Notes under the pieces: generated by a model
Told to the model about the DNA's origin: nothing
What the model saw: the letters and a program-made list of their open reading frames with translations, nothing else
Database searches by the model: none
Shown: piece after piece, positions 1-9,881 of the stretch
How positions within the stretch are numbered: position 1 is the stretch's first letter
How the letters are laid out: each line of letters starts with the position of its first letter
From: a virus
Lineage: Duplodnaviria > Caudoviricetes
Reading direction: 5' to 3' (one strand)
IMG/VR virus record: IMGVR_UViG_3300042381_000848
Location: 1,023 to 65,022 of that record
Length of the DNA: 64,000 nucleotides
Position numbers and translations under genes: made by a program

Positions 1-555
1 ACGTAAGATTGATTCAATGATTGAATTGATATCTTCGTCAATTTCATCCGTTACTGGTTCTTCTGCTGGCATTTCTTGTTCGTTATATGCACCTTCTCCG
101 TACATACCTTCATTTTCCATACCATCCATTGGTTCTTCCAAATCTCTTAAAATTTCTTCAAGATTAAGATCATCTTCTTCAGCTTCCATTTCTGGTTCAG
201 CACCGACTTCCATTTCTGGTTCAGCACCGACTTCCATTTCTTCTTCACCGCCTAACATACCTGTTAAGTCATAATCACCATCATCGTTGAAATCTAATCC
301 AACATTTACTGAATCTGGGAATTCACCCATTTCCATTCCCGCTTCGTCTTCCATTCCTGGTTCTGCTTCTGCATCCAAGTCCATGTTAACATCCATTTCT
401 TCGTCTTCTAATTCTTCTCGTAATTTAGCCGATAGCATGCCTTCAAGTCTAGGAGCAAATGCTTCCTGTAATGCAAGTTTTGCGTTTGCTAATGCCGTTT
501 CTTTAACTGCTTTAGCATCAGCGATTGCTTGTTTTAGCAAATCTGATTTTGCCAT
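1..555 (-). CDS. Prohead core/scaffold protein (partial, runs off the window; missing from the ORF track)
   Basis: ATG at 555: MAKSDLLKQAIADAKAVKETALANAKLALQEAFAPRLEGMLSAKLREE, then a very acidic tract; AAGGAG upstream; follows portal and protease genes. Confidence 0.75.
   Translation of the reverse strand, partial: MAKSDLLKQAIADAKAVKETALANAKLALQEAFAPRLEGMLSAKLREELEDEEMDVNMDLDAEAEPGMEDEAGMEMGEFPDSVNVGLDFNDDGDYDLTGMLGGEEEMEVGAEPEMEVGAEPEMEAEEDDLNLEEILRDLEEPMDGMENEGMYGEGAYNEQEMPAEEPVTDEIDEDINSIIESILR
183..241. repeat. 24-bp in-frame tandem repeat (about 2.5 copies) in the scaffold gene
   Basis: cttccatttctggttcagcaccga at 183 and 207, partial at 231. Confidence 0.9.
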
Positions 556-663
556 ACTTGTTCTCCTTAAATTTTGTTTTTTTGGAAATAAGATTATTTG
601 TGAATCTTAATAAGAATATAAAATTGTGTAACGCTATATAAGATAGGATAGCGTATTCTAAGA

Positions 664-671
664 ATAAATAT
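664..671 (-). promoter_or_regulatory. Putative late promoter ATATTTAT (example of about 20 copies)
   Basis: Plus-strand ATAAATAT upstream of minus-strand genes at 664, 4217, 6076, 9904, 11970, 14599, 21513, 23715, 25725, 31270, 34122, 36453, 38609, 43085, 45693, 46502, 49208, 51961, 53465; flips to ATATTTAT at 39729 before the plus-strand gene at 39774. Confidence 0.75.
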
Positions 672-688
672 AAGCAAAAATAAAAAAC

Positions 689-723
689 CAGTAAAAAAGC
701 CCTAACTTTTTAGGCTAGGGCTT
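689..723 (-). terminator. Intrinsic terminator after bS21
   Basis: Minus strand AAGCCCTAGC-CTAAAAA-GTTAGGGCTT then TTTTACTG. Confidence 0.8.
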
Positions 724-743
724 AATTATCGTAAATAAATTAT

Positions 744-989
744 TTAATCTCGATGCAAATCTCGTACATATTGAATATATCGGGCTGCACTTAATTCTTT
801 TCTACGTTTAGCACTAGGCTTTATAAAAGTTTTATTATCTTTAATTTTTTCTAAAACTCCTGATGATTTTACTTTGCGTTTGAAAAATTTCATAGCGTGT
901 GCAAAATCTTCTCTAGATGTTCCTGCTACTTTAACTGCCGTAGCGTGACCTGGAATAATTGCCTGGTGTTGTTTCTGTTTTTTACTCAT
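744..989 (-). CDS. rpsU: Phage-encoded ribosomal protein bS21
   Basis: 81 aa, basic; VKV..EDFAHAMKFFKRKVKSSGVLEKIK...FIKPSAKRR bS21 signature with a Bacteroidota-like YIQ tail. Confidence 0.9.
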   Translation of the reverse strand: MSKKQKQHQAIIPGHATAVKVAGTSREDFAHAMKFFKRKVKSSGVLEKIKDNKTFIKPSAKRRKELSAARYIQYVRDLHRD

Positions 990-999
990 ATAATTGTTT

Positions 1000-1533
1000 T
1001 TAAATTTTTCTTAAAGGACGTTTGGTTTGCATTTGTGGTTCTGGTAATTCTTGTGCTGGGTTTGCTTCACCCCTTACTTTAAATTTGAATGCAGCCAATT
1101 CTAAGCGTTGTGCAAAATAACCTTGAATTCGTTGTGCATCTTTTTCTGGATCTTCTCCCAATCTAAAATAGAAATATCCATTCTTACCACTTTTAGATAC
1201 AGTACGTTTAATTATAGTAAATCCTTTCTTTTCAGCCCATTGTTTAATATCATCAGAAACAGACTGTGCTTGTGCCGGATCTTTAATTGCATATACTATT
1301 CCGCCTTGATATTCATCAATACCATTAACTAGTTTAGCTTCATCAACAAGTTCTTCTTCAATGTGAATTCTGCCTTTTGTAGTTTGCAAAATACTTTGAG
1401 CTGCTTTAACTTTATTTGGATCGGCTGCATCTTTCGGTGATAACACAACATCTTTACTAGGATCTAATTTAGCTGTTGCTTGTTCTGGCATCGCGAAAAA
1501 TTCTCGATATAATTTTTTAAATGTACTCATCAT
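1000..1533 (-). CDS. Hypothetical head-module protein
   Basis: 177 aa ORF in the head cluster; AAAGGT upstream. Confidence 0.6.
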   Translation of the reverse strand: MMSTFKKLYREFFAMPEQATAKLDPSKDVVLSPKDAADPNKVKAAQSILQTTKGRIHIEEELVDEAKLVNGIDEYQGGIVYAIKDPAQAQSVSDDIKQWAEKKGFTIIKRTVSKSGKNGYFYFRLGEDPEKDAQRIQGYFAQRLELAAFKFKVRGEANPAQELPEPQMQTKRPLRKI

Positions 1534-1541
1534 ACTTACCT

Positions 1542-1573
1542 TTAATATATAAAATTATTTGATAACATCCAAA
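1542..1573 (-). promoter_or_regulatory. Putative middle promoter TT(G/T)GA-~19 nt-TA(T)AT(T/A) (example)
   Basis: Same layout near 1542-1573, 18689-18722, 18843-18873, 38214-38247, 39671-39706, 41408-41440, 44655-44687, 49521-49555, 63276-63308, mostly before replication, repair or regulatory genes. Confidence 0.6.
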
Positions 1574-1990
1574 TTATTGAACATCATAATATTTGCTTAA
1601 TCCTTCTCTAATATCTTCGCATGCAGCTTCCATTCTGCGTTCATGGATCATTACTTCACTTGCACTTTTTTGCATTTCTTTTAACGCCATTTCTATTAGT
1701 TTCTGATGTCTACCATATGCAACTTTTTCTACTACATCATCATCTGATTCACTTATCATTCTATTTGCAGTTTCAACTATTTTGCTTATTCCCTCAACTG
1801 CTTCTTGTAAACGTTGACCTCTTGCCTTAACTGTTTCTGACATTGCAGAAAATGAATTTAATGCTTCAGCAAATGCTCGTTTATCATCAACTGACACTGG
1901 TTCTTGTTGTCCGCTGAAAACTGTTTTTTTAGGTTCTGCTTGTTCGCCTAACCAAAGATTTCTTACTATTTCTAAATTACTTTTTTTCAT
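1574..1990 (-). CDS. Hypothetical coiled-coil head-module protein
   Basis: Probable start at 1990 (MKKSNL, AGGA upstream), directly after the protease stop. Confidence 0.6.
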   Translation of the reverse strand: MKKSNLEIVRNLWLGEQAEPKKTVFSGQQEPVSVDDKRAFAEALNSFSAMSETVKARGQRLQEAVEGISKIVETANRMISESDDDVVEKVAYGRHQKLIEMALKEMQKSASEVMIHERRMEAACEDIREGLSKYYDVQ

Positions 1991-1991
1991 A

Positions 1992-2621
1992 TTATATCCT
2001 ACATTTTCCGTCTTCACATAAAATTGATGTAATAATACTATTTACACCATTATATTTATTTTTTGCTATATTGTTACTAGTTGATTCGTTCATGTTCGTA
2101 GGCCGCATAAAAGCCCCATGTGTCGATGGATTTGAAACAAAGTCCCAACATATTAATTCAAAGTCTTCTTGTACTTCAACTACACCCTCACTACGCAATT
2201 CTTTAACTGAACCCATTCCTCTACTAGAAATACCCAATGTAATCCCAGCTTTAAACAATGATTTCAATATATTGCCAGATGGTGTATCTAGTATTTGTAC
2301 TGCACCTAATAAATCATCACCATTCCACCATATTTTTAAAACATTGTGCGAGACATTGTTCAAATTAACTACAGATGATTCTGGATGATCTAATTCTCCT
2401 AATGCTCTATGTTGATCAATATATTCTCGTTGATATCGTTGACATTCGCGCATTAGGATATTTTTTGGATAAACTCTACCATTTTGATTTTTAGCTCCAG
2501 CACGTTGCAATACTCCTTGAACTACAACACCGCCTGGAATTCCATATGCGGCGCCTGATTGTTCAGTTAATGAACCCATTGGCTTAAATGGTATATATTC
2601 GACTATTAATTGCTTTGACAT
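1992..2621 (-). CDS. Prohead core protease (T4 gp21-like)
   Basis: NQNGRVYP, ALGELDHP, VSH, GISSRGMGS, DFVSNPS motifs; AGGAG RBS. Confidence 0.95.
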   Translation of the reverse strand: MSKQLIVEYIPFKPMGSLTEQSGAAYGIPGGVVVQGVLQRAGAKNQNGRVYPKNILMRECQRYQREYIDQHRALGELDHPESSVVNLNNVSHNVLKIWWNGDDLLGAVQILDTPSGNILKSLFKAGITLGISSRGMGSVKELRSEGVVEVQEDFELICWDFVSNPSTHGAFMRPTNMNESTSNNIAKNKYNGVNSIITSILCEDGKCRI

Positions 2622-2623
2622 AT

Positions 2624-3343
2624 TTACTCTCCTAATGCTCTTACACGTTCTGATATCTTAATTAATCGTTCTGATATTTTATTCAATGCCTTTGAAGTCG
2701 ATGGGTCATAATTTGATGATGTAACCCCTGATTCTGTTTTTAAGCGTGAATTGTAACTTACTAATGTTTCTATTTCGCGGAGCTTCATTGCAATTTCTTG
2801 AATTGTTTGTTTTACTTTACTTGACGGTTTTATATCACCTTTCTTAAAGGTACGATATGATTCTATAAGTTGTTCATATTTCGAATCTACCGTTTCACCT
2901 AATATATCAGCTAATGGTCGTACCGGCTTAATTGGAGGTTGATTTGTTTTTTTTGCTTGACTAGGTGTATCAGTCAAATCAATTGATGGATACTTCATAG
3001 GACGATTATACCATTTTTTATCATCGCCAGCAAATGGAAATTTATCCATAAATTCTTCTTCTTCCGATTCAGGACGCTGATATTCGCCTGGTTTATATGT
3101 TGGAGAAGTGTTAATTCCTTCTTTGACACGTTTCATTCCTAATACTTCAACTGTATCATCATCTGCATTTGCAAATGCATTTGGCGTCATATATGCACCA
3201 GCACCAGCTGAAGTTGAAATTTCGTCTAATTCTAATTCTTCATTAGGTAAATGATTTACATGATTCGCGAGATCATCGATGATATCATTTGTTTTATCAA
3301 CAGCTTCAAATGCTTCTTCTATTTGTTGTAAGAATGATTTCAT
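2624..3343 (-). CDS. Hypothetical head/internal protein
   Basis: 239 aa acidic ORF, overlaps the upstream gene stop; several L/I-x-E sites. Confidence 0.6.
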   Translation of the reverse strand: MKSFLQQIEEAFEAVDKTNDIIDDLANHVNHLPNEELELDEISTSAGAGAYMTPNAFANADDDTVEVLGMKRVKEGINTSPTYKPGEYQRPESEEEEFMDKFPFAGDDKKWYNRPMKYPSIDLTDTPSQAKKTNQPPIKPVRPLADILGETVDSKYEQLIESYRTFKKGDIKPSSKVKQTIQEIAMKLREIETLVSYNSRLKTESGVTSSNYDPSTSKALNKISERLIKISERVRALGE

Positions 3344-4194
3344 TTATGTATCTCATTTAATTCATCAACTAAATCCATATATCTCATTAAATTTAATATA
3401 TGTGATTCTTTTAATTTTTTTATTGTTTCTACATTGCAAAGCATTTCTGATAGTTTTTCAACTTTAATCTTAACAACTTTATCATCAATAGTTTTAGCAT
3501 GTTCTGCTAATTTTATTTTGATTGTTGGAATTATTTTTTGTACATATTCTCTGAGTGCTTCAGTATCATTAACATGAGTAATATACTTGTTTAATAATTG
3601 TTTTTGTGATTCTGATAATACGTTTGAATACGCAGTATTAAATTTATCAACAAGTATTTTATATGTTAATAGTCTTACATCTTTATCTTGTTTAGAAAAT
3701 GATTCCATAACTAAATCTCGTTGTTCAACTAATTTAGGTTTTGGCATTGCATGTTCAAGCAAAACGGTTTTGCATTGCATCAATTGTTTTGGGTTATCAG
3801 TCTCATCATATTCAAACAACATGTAAATTGATGCTAATTCTTTATAGTTATTAACATGTATCTTTGACATATTTTCAAAAATAAAATTTTCTGAAATTTC
3901 TTTAACTAGATTATACTTTTGACGATTCAGTGTAGTATGATTTAATTTTTTATGAGCATCTTTAACCGTACGAATAAAATCTAATGCTCGTGCTTCTGAT
4001 TTATGATGTTCTTTTATCAAAGCATTGTATAATTGCAATTCTTTAGATAGCTCCGTATTTCTACCGAAATATTTTTTAATAATATCAATAGTTATTGACT
4101 TGTCCGATGTTAATGTTTCAGAAGTTAATTTTCGTACTAGCATTTCAAAAAGAATGCCGGTATTTTTATACTTTGAATGTTTTAATTTTTTCAT
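3340..4194 (-). CDS. Hypothetical helical protein of the head module
   Basis: 284 aa, MKKLKHSKYKNTGILFE start, late motif upstream, between portal and protease. Confidence 0.6.
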   Translation of the reverse strand: MKKLKHSKYKNTGILFEMLVRKLTSETLTSDKSITIDIIKKYFGRNTELSKELQLYNALIKEHHKSEARALDFIRTVKDAHKKLNHTTLNRQKYNLVKEISENFIFENMSKIHVNNYKELASIYMLFEYDETDNPKQLMQCKTVLLEHAMPKPKLVEQRDLVMESFSKQDKDVRLLTYKILVDKFNTAYSNVLSESQKQLLNKYITHVNDTEALREYVQKIIPTIKIKLAEHAKTIDDKVVKIKVEKLSEMLCNVETIKKLKESHILNLMRYMDLVDELNEIHK

Positions 4195-4225
4195 ATCAAT
4201 ACGATACTTTTTTTAAATAAATATG

Positions 4226-6061
4226 TTATAAAATATTATTCTCATCTAATAATGTACCAGCATCTGAATTTGGTTGTTCTCCAGGTAGCATCGATTCGGA
4301 AATAATCTTAGCTGAGGTTTTATTTTTTGATTTTTTCATTATTTTTAACACATTTTCATGAGCCAAATCTAATTTGCGTGATCTACGCGGATCTGGTAAA
4401 AAAGCTGATTTTTGATTTGTAGCATCAAATGCTTGATCAATTTCTTTTTTACCCGTTGGATCCCATCCGAATGCATTCTTATGTTGTCCAAATTTAATTC
4501 CTTCTTTTGGACGACCACCTTTATCTTTATCTTCTACTTCGTCTGAACTCATATGCATTGATGCTAAATCATGAGGTGTACCATATGACACTCCTGTTAC
4601 AGCTGGATCATTACCTTCTTGTTCAAGTTGATTTTGACGGAAGCGCAATTTCAAATCTTCAATAACATTAACGCGTTCAGCTAGCCATTGTTCTTCTGAC
4701 ATATTAAATATGAATTCATATATGTATTTATCTGATACTAATTTTGAATCTTTCATTGATGTTGCTAATGTCATTTTTTCTGTCATTAATGCAACTTTTT
4801 GTTGATCATATACAATAGACGGTGCTGTTAATTCTAATTCAAATCCAACTAAATCGTCATCTTCAAATCCTTGTGCATATAAATGTACAATTGCTATTTT
4901 ATATAATTCAGACGTAACAATTTTTTGAATACGTTCAATTGTTCTAGCAAAACGAATATCCATTGATGCTAATGTAGTTTTACCTTCAACTGCTTCTGCA
5001 TATCCTAAAAATGGTTTAGGAATTTTAAGAGCAGCCATCATTTTATCTTTAACGTAATTGATATCATCAATACCCGTAAATGTCATACCCGGTAATGTGT
5101 CAATTGATGTAGATGACTGTCCTCCTCGTACTGGCAAATAATAATCTTCTAACATGTTGTTTAGATTAAACTTTAAATTGTAATTACCAGTTTGTGCATC
5201 AACGTGTGGAATTTTTTTCATTTTATTGATAACTTGTTCCATGAAAGTATCAACTTCATTTGGCGGAATATTACCAATATCAATTTTAAAAATACGTTTT
5301 TCAGGTGCGCGCATTATTCTGTGAATAAGCATTGCATCCTCTAACATTGTAAGTTTTTGAAATTCTTTACGTGCACCTTCTAACATTGATTTACCATATG
5401 GTAAAAAGTTAGAATCAGATAACATTCGGAAATGTGCTACCTCAAATACATCATACATTAATCCAGGACTAGATGCATGGCGAAATTTGATTTTATAATC
5501 ACCCGTATCTTCTGCAAATTCTTCCCAACGTTCTACTTCGTAACTTGAAAAGGGACGAGCATTAATTACACCTAATTCATTTGCAATATCTAATTTTAAA
5601 AAGAAATCACCATACTTAGTCATGTTTCTAATCCATGGCCAAAGATTGAATTCGATATTTAATACATCATAAAATAAATTATAAAGTATTTTTTGTATGT
5701 GAGTTTTGTTTGTTTTGATAGTTAACATATCGCCGAATTGATCTGCAAGAGTTGATTCGTCTGCATATATGTCAAGTGCTGCACTTATAATTGGATCTTT
5801 ATCCATCATTTCGTAATCAGTGTATAACTGCATACGATTTTGGTGCATATAATAATTTGAATCATACCCACCCATACCACCTACACGATGGCGATTTGAA
5901 CCATGTAAACGAGTATATCGGTCAGCAACTTTTGTTTGATTTAGATTTCCCGTTGACTGTAAACGGTTAGTATCTACAACTTTAAGTTGATCTTTTCCAT
6001 ATACACGTACGATGACGTTTGTAGCAAATAGATTTTGTAATCGTTTTCTTAATGATGCCAT
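4226..6061 (-). CDS. Portal protein (T4 gp20-like)
   Basis: LEDAMLIHRIMRAPEKRIFKIDIGN, EDYYLPVRGG, IDTLPG motifs. Confidence 0.95.
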   Translation of the reverse strand: MASLRKRLQNLFATNVIVRVYGKDQLKVVDTNRLQSTGNLNQTKVADRYTRLHGSNRHRVGGMGGYDSNYYMHQNRMQLYTDYEMMDKDPIISAALDIYADESTLADQFGDMLTIKTNKTHIQKILYNLFYDVLNIEFNLWPWIRNMTKYGDFFLKLDIANELGVINARPFSSYEVERWEEFAEDTGDYKIKFRHASSPGLMYDVFEVAHFRMLSDSNFLPYGKSMLEGARKEFQKLTMLEDAMLIHRIMRAPEKRIFKIDIGNIPPNEVDTFMEQVINKMKKIPHVDAQTGNYNLKFNLNNMLEDYYLPVRGGQSSTSIDTLPGMTFTGIDDINYVKDKMMAALKIPKPFLGYAEAVEGKTTLASMDIRFARTIERIQKIVTSELYKIAIVHLYAQGFEDDDLVGFELELTAPSIVYDQQKVALMTEKMTLATSMKDSKLVSDKYIYEFIFNMSEEQWLAERVNVIEDLKLRFRQNQLEQEGNDPAVTGVSYGTPHDLASMHMSSDEVEDKDKGGRPKEGIKFGQHKNAFGWDPTGKKEIDQAFDATNQKSAFLPDPRRSRKLDLAHENVLKIMKKSKNKTSAKIISESMLPGEQPNSDAGTLLDENNIL

Positions 6062-6108
6062 ATAATATTTTTATTATAAATATAACTAATTTAAGAACCA
6101 CCGGTGAT

Positions 6109-7686
6109 TTATAACAACCAAGTTAAACTTTCGTCGTCTGCTCCGTTATTCCATGACCAACCCGTATCTTGTCGGCGTTGATTGTTTGTGTATATAACTG
6201 GTTCTGTTTTTGAAAAATGTGATAATGCACGTTTACTTAATTCAATGCCTTGTTGACGCAATTTAAGTGATGTATCTCGCAACCATAGCCCTATACAAAA
6301 TGCCATAACAAGGTCATCATTATAACCACTTTGTGATTGAGCTTTACCATTCAACCAAATAAATACAAACAATTCTTGAATTAAACGTTTAGATCTAATT
6401 ATAGGAGTTCGTTCACGCATATACATTTCTAGTGCTGATATCATTAATGGGCGTGTACGAGTTGTTGTTGATACTCCAGGAACCATTTGGCTCTTATCTT
6501 TCATATCATAACCTTTTTTCAATTGTACATCGGCATCTGTATATCCATCATCTTTATATGTATAAAATAAATTTTGGTAGCCTCTATCTAATGCTGGTTG
6601 AATTGCAGCCCAACCAATGTTTGCATTTTCTATTGCTAGCAATGCATTATTCCATTCTGTTGCAACAGTTACTAACATGTTACCAAATTCATTAGGAGGA
6701 ATTTTTCCTTTGTATTCTGCTACTTGTCTTACATCTAATGTATCTATAACATGAAACGTTGACCAGTCACCGCCATCACCCCGCGCAACGTCAGCAATTA
6801 CCATATAGTCACGTGCGTAATCTGGATATTCCCAAATCCAATATGCGTTATCATATCCTCGTTTTTCTATAGGGTCGCTACATTTTTCTTCAAATTCCAA
6901 CAATATAGCACCGTCAATTACAGTGTGACCAGATGAAACGAAATCGCAATCACATTCTTGAGCAGCACCTCGTTCGCCTAATAATTGTGTTTGTTGATCG
7001 CGCCATGGTTGGTCTCGTTCTGGATGAACTGTCCAATGTAGTTTGATTGTATGAAATCCGTTGATTGCAGCTTCTGCATCTGCCCATGTTTGATGAAACC
7101 AATTACCTACACCGTTAGGAGTTGATAATACTATAGCTCCCCCACCCGTTGATAGTGTTGCTTGTGATGCTATCCATATTTCTTCAATGTTACGAATAAA
7201 TGCAGCTTCATCTATAATAAGCAATGATAATGCCTCAGAACGTGCACCGGTTGTAGCAGATGATACTGCCTTTATTTGTGAGCCATTTTTAAATTTAAGA
7301 GATAATTTGTTATCAGCTTCAATAGTTCCTTTCAACCAACTAGGTAAATTGTCATGCATTACTCGCACTTTAGTTACCAAGTTTTTTGCTACTTCTTGCG
7401 TTGTTGCAATAACAAGTACGTTGAAGTCTTCTTTGAACAACATGCTCCATAGTGCAAATCCAGCGGACAATGTTGAGATACCCAACTGTCTTGATTTCAA
7501 TATAACACTATATCTGTTATCACGTAATTCAGTTAATGAATCTTCCTGAAATGGAAATAAATTAAATTTAATCTTTCCTTTTTTAGGATGTTGTATATAA
7601 CAATATTGTCTCATAAAAAACACAGGATCTTTAGCACACATTTGATATTGTTGCTGAATGATCTGTTTTATGTTTGGTTGAGACAT
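6109..7686 (-). CDS. terL: Terminase large subunit (T4 gp17-like)
   Basis: KSRQLGIST Walker A, LLIIDEAAF Walker B, STPNG, RNase H-type ADVARG...DDLVMA nuclease domain. Confidence 0.95.
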   Translation of the reverse strand: MSQPNIKQIIQQQYQMCAKDPVFFMRQYCYIQHPKKGKIKFNLFPFQEDSLTELRDNRYSVILKSRQLGISTLSAGFALWSMLFKEDFNVLVIATTQEVAKNLVTKVRVMHDNLPSWLKGTIEADNKLSLKFKNGSQIKAVSSATTGARSEALSLLIIDEAAFIRNIEEIWIASQATLSTGGGAIVLSTPNGVGNWFHQTWADAEAAINGFHTIKLHWTVHPERDQPWRDQQTQLLGERGAAQECDCDFVSSGHTVIDGAILLEFEEKCSDPIEKRGYDNAYWIWEYPDYARDYMVIADVARGDGGDWSTFHVIDTLDVRQVAEYKGKIPPNEFGNMLVTVATEWNNALLAIENANIGWAAIQPALDRGYQNLFYTYKDDGYTDADVQLKKGYDMKDKSQMVPGVSTTTRTRPLMISALEMYMRERTPIIRSKRLIQELFVFIWLNGKAQSQSGYNDDLVMAFCIGLWLRDTSLKLRQQGIELSKRALSHFSKTEPVIYTNNQRRQDTGWSWNNGADDESLTWLL

Positions 7687-7687
7687 A

Positions 7688-8068
7688 TTATTTTGTTAAT
7701 TCGTTGATTAATATTCCAGAGCCTATAGAAGTTATAATTCCTAAACCAAACCATATGTTTTTATTATCATACCATTTGGCTTGCAATCTTTTTTCGCGTT
7801 CAACATATAAATCAATATTTTTTTGTAACAAGCTAACTTGTTGTTTTTGCAATTCAATTTGAACTGAATCTAAATACATGACAGATTGTTGTTTTTTAAT
7901 TATCTGTTGTTGCTTTGAAATTATTTCAATGTTGATATCATCTACTTTCCAAAGTGAATCAATTGTATTTGAAATATCAATTAGTTCTTGTTCTGTAAAA
8001 CATGTATCTGGAATTGATTGCGTATATGCATAAAATGGAAATGCTAGTATAACTAATAGATATTTCAT
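7688..8068 (-). CDS. Signal-peptide protein with coiled coil and C-terminal TM (spanin-like)
   Basis: MKYLLVILAFPFYAYT|Q signal, Gln-rich coil, hydrophobic C-terminus; overlaps its partner gene. Confidence 0.5.
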   Translation of the reverse strand: MKYLLVILAFPFYAYTQSIPDTCFTEQELIDISNTIDSLWKVDDINIEIISKQQQIIKKQQSVMYLDSVQIELQKQQVSLLQKNIDLYVEREKRLQAKWYDNKNIWFGLGIITSIGSGILINELTK

Positions 8069-8400
8069 TTTTTCTTTCTCTTGTTAGTTTTGCTTAAGAT
8101 ATTTTCTTTAGTTTGTTTTGCCGTTTTAGGCGTTTCAATACTAATTGCTTGTTTTTTATCTTGCAATGTATCAACTTCATTAACTAATTCTTTAATATCC
8201 TGTTTAACTTCCTTTTTTTGATTTTCAATTGCTTCTACTTTACCAGATATAACATCTGCTTGTTGTTTGTTATCATCAAGTTTTTTATCTGATTTTGCAA
8301 TTTGTTTATCATTTAATTTTTTATTAACTGCAACTCCAATTCCGAAAGCTGCTAGTATTGAGCCTATTATAATTGCCCAATATTTTTTAATTGTTTTCAT
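8065..8400 (-). CDS. N-terminal TM coiled-coil protein (i-spanin-like)
   Basis: YWAIIIGSILAAFGIGVAV TM then a Lys/Gln coiled coil; probable start MKTIKK at 8400. Confidence 0.5.
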   Translation of the reverse strand: MKTIKKYWAIIIGSILAAFGIGVAVNKKLNDKQIAKSDKKLDDNKQQADVISGKVEAIENQKKEVKQDIKELVNEVDTLQDKKQAISIETPKTAKQTKENILSKTNKRKKK

Positions 8401-9034
8401 TGTTTTCTCCATTTAATTTTTGTAAAAATTGTTCTTTAAATTGTGCAAAACTTTTTTCGATTTTGTCTTCAAATTCTTCCGGTGTCATTCTTGCAGCATA
8501 TGATTCAGTTTCGCCATCGCCATTAAGTACAAATTTGGAAGCTTCTGTATATGTATTTTTTAACATTATAACATCTTGTTCTGCATCTCGTAACCATGCT
8601 ATAGCGTTCTCTCGAATTTTATTATGAGCATATTCATCGAATGTACCATCTTTTTTCATTTGATGTTCCATTTCAATTACGCAGTCAAAACACATACCAT
8701 GAATCTTTCTCATTTTTTCATCAAGTTGATTTGCTTGATAACATGTACATGTTTCTTTTTGACATTTTGGAAATGCTCGGAGTTCATCTCGTATTTCTTG
8801 AAATAGATCAGAATTTTTAGTTTTCCGAATTCGGAATCCTTCTTTTTGTTCTATAACATATACATTGCCATGTATATCGGTTTCTTCCCACACTTCACCT
8901 ACTTCATGCCGCTGAGCTTTTTTAGCTGTTGCTTCTGCATCTGAAAAGCCTGTTGCTTTTCTTGTTTGGAATTTGTGTGTGCCGTCAATCATTTGTTGTA
9001 CGGCTTTGATGTTTTGTAACTTGTTATTTGTCAT
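8387..9034 (-). CDS. Hypothetical protein with Cys cluster (putative zinc binding)
   Basis: CQKETCTC...HGMCFDC. Confidence 0.6.
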   Translation of the reverse strand: MTNNKLQNIKAVQQMIDGTHKFQTRKATGFSDAEATAKKAQRHEVGEVWEETDIHGNVYVIEQKEGFRIRKTKNSDLFQEIRDELRAFPKCQKETCTCYQANQLDEKMRKIHGMCFDCVIEMEHQMKKDGTFDEYAHNKIRENAIAWLRDAEQDVIMLKNTYTEASKFVLNGDGETESYAARMTPEEFEDKIEKSFAQFKEQFLQKLNGENNENN

Positions 9035-9041
9035 ATATTAT

Positions 9042-9881
9042 TTATTTTTCCGTTGTATCATTATTAGGCCGTGTCGGTTTTATTTTAGCCAATCTACGTA
9101 AAATCATAATTTTAGCTAACTTTAAATCTTTAACATCTAGATTACCTAATGCTTTTGCTAATGGATCAAAACCTGTATCAACTAAGCTATTTGGACCTGT
9201 TTGATCAGATAACATTTCTTCCCAATATTTCAAAGCAATTTTTTGTTTAGCAATTTTTTCTTGAGCTTTTGCTTCCGGGGTATCTGTTGTTTCTGCAGGA
9301 GTTGTCGGCGCAGCGGGTGGTGCTTCTGGTGCAGGTGCTGCAGCATTTGGATCTGCAGACGGTGTTGCCATTAGATCAGGTGCAGGTGCTGCAGCATTTG
9401 GATCTGCAGACGGTGTTGCCATTAGATCAGGTGCAGGTGCTGCAGCATTTGGATCTAACTCTTCCGCATCTTTATCTTCTTGTTCAATTAATTGCTTAAC
9501 AATCGTACGACGAACATATTCTCTAACTAAACGTTCTTTTTGTTCTCTAGTTAAATTTTCTACTTTATCTTTAATATCTAAGAAATCTTTTTCTTCGTTA
9601 TCTTGACGTTTTTTAAGAATTTTTGCGGCATGTTTTGCATCATATTCACCATCTTCTAAATCTTTGTATAAACGATCATCAGCATTATACTTAACATCGT
9701 ATGTACCATCATCTTGAACTGTTTTATCAGTTTTACGTAATACATTGCTTTGTTTTTCTTTTGTAGAATATGGATTAAGTTTTCCATCTTTATCATCTAC
9801 TGTATAATCTTTAAGATCTTTTCTAGATTTATATTTTGTATTTTCTGGTTTCTTGTATTTGCTTTTGTGTTTTTCAGCCAT
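9042..9881 (-). CDS. Hypothetical late protein with Pro/Ala repeat
   Basis: 279 aa, late motif upstream, DPNAAAPAPDLMATPSA repeats. Confidence 0.6.
   Translation of the reverse strand: MAEKHKSKYKKPENTKYKSRKDLKDYTVDDKDGKLNPYSTKEKQSNVLRKTDKTVQDDGTYDVKYNADDRLYKDLEDGEYDAKHAAKILKKRQDNEEKDFLDIKDKVENLTREQKERLVREYVRRTIVKQLIEQEDKDAEELDPNAAAPAPDLMATPSADPNAAAPAPDLMATPSADPNAAAPAPEAPPAAPTTPAETTDTPEAKAQEKIAKQKIALKYWEEMLSDQTGPNSLVDTGFDPLAKALGNLDVKDLKLAKIMILRRLAKIKPTRPNNDTTEK
9328..9456. repeat. 51-bp in-frame tandem repeat, about 2.5 copies
   Basis: Identical units start at 9328, 9379 and 9430. Confidence 0.9.

Noticed and set aside
17-610. Plus-strand Ser/Ile-rich ORFs 17-274 and 287-610, and most other plus-strand ORFs in the track
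   Set aside because: Antisense shadows of real minus-strand genes; only 39774-40844 and 41458-41901 have independent support
6075-6083. T4-type TATAAATA promoters firing on the plus strand
   Set aside because: They would point away from the adjacent downstream genes, and the motif inverts with gene orientation at 39729
9328-9456. 51-bp repeat as a regulatory or CRISPR-like element
   Set aside because: In-frame perfect tandem duplication encoding a Pro/Ala linker, with no spacers
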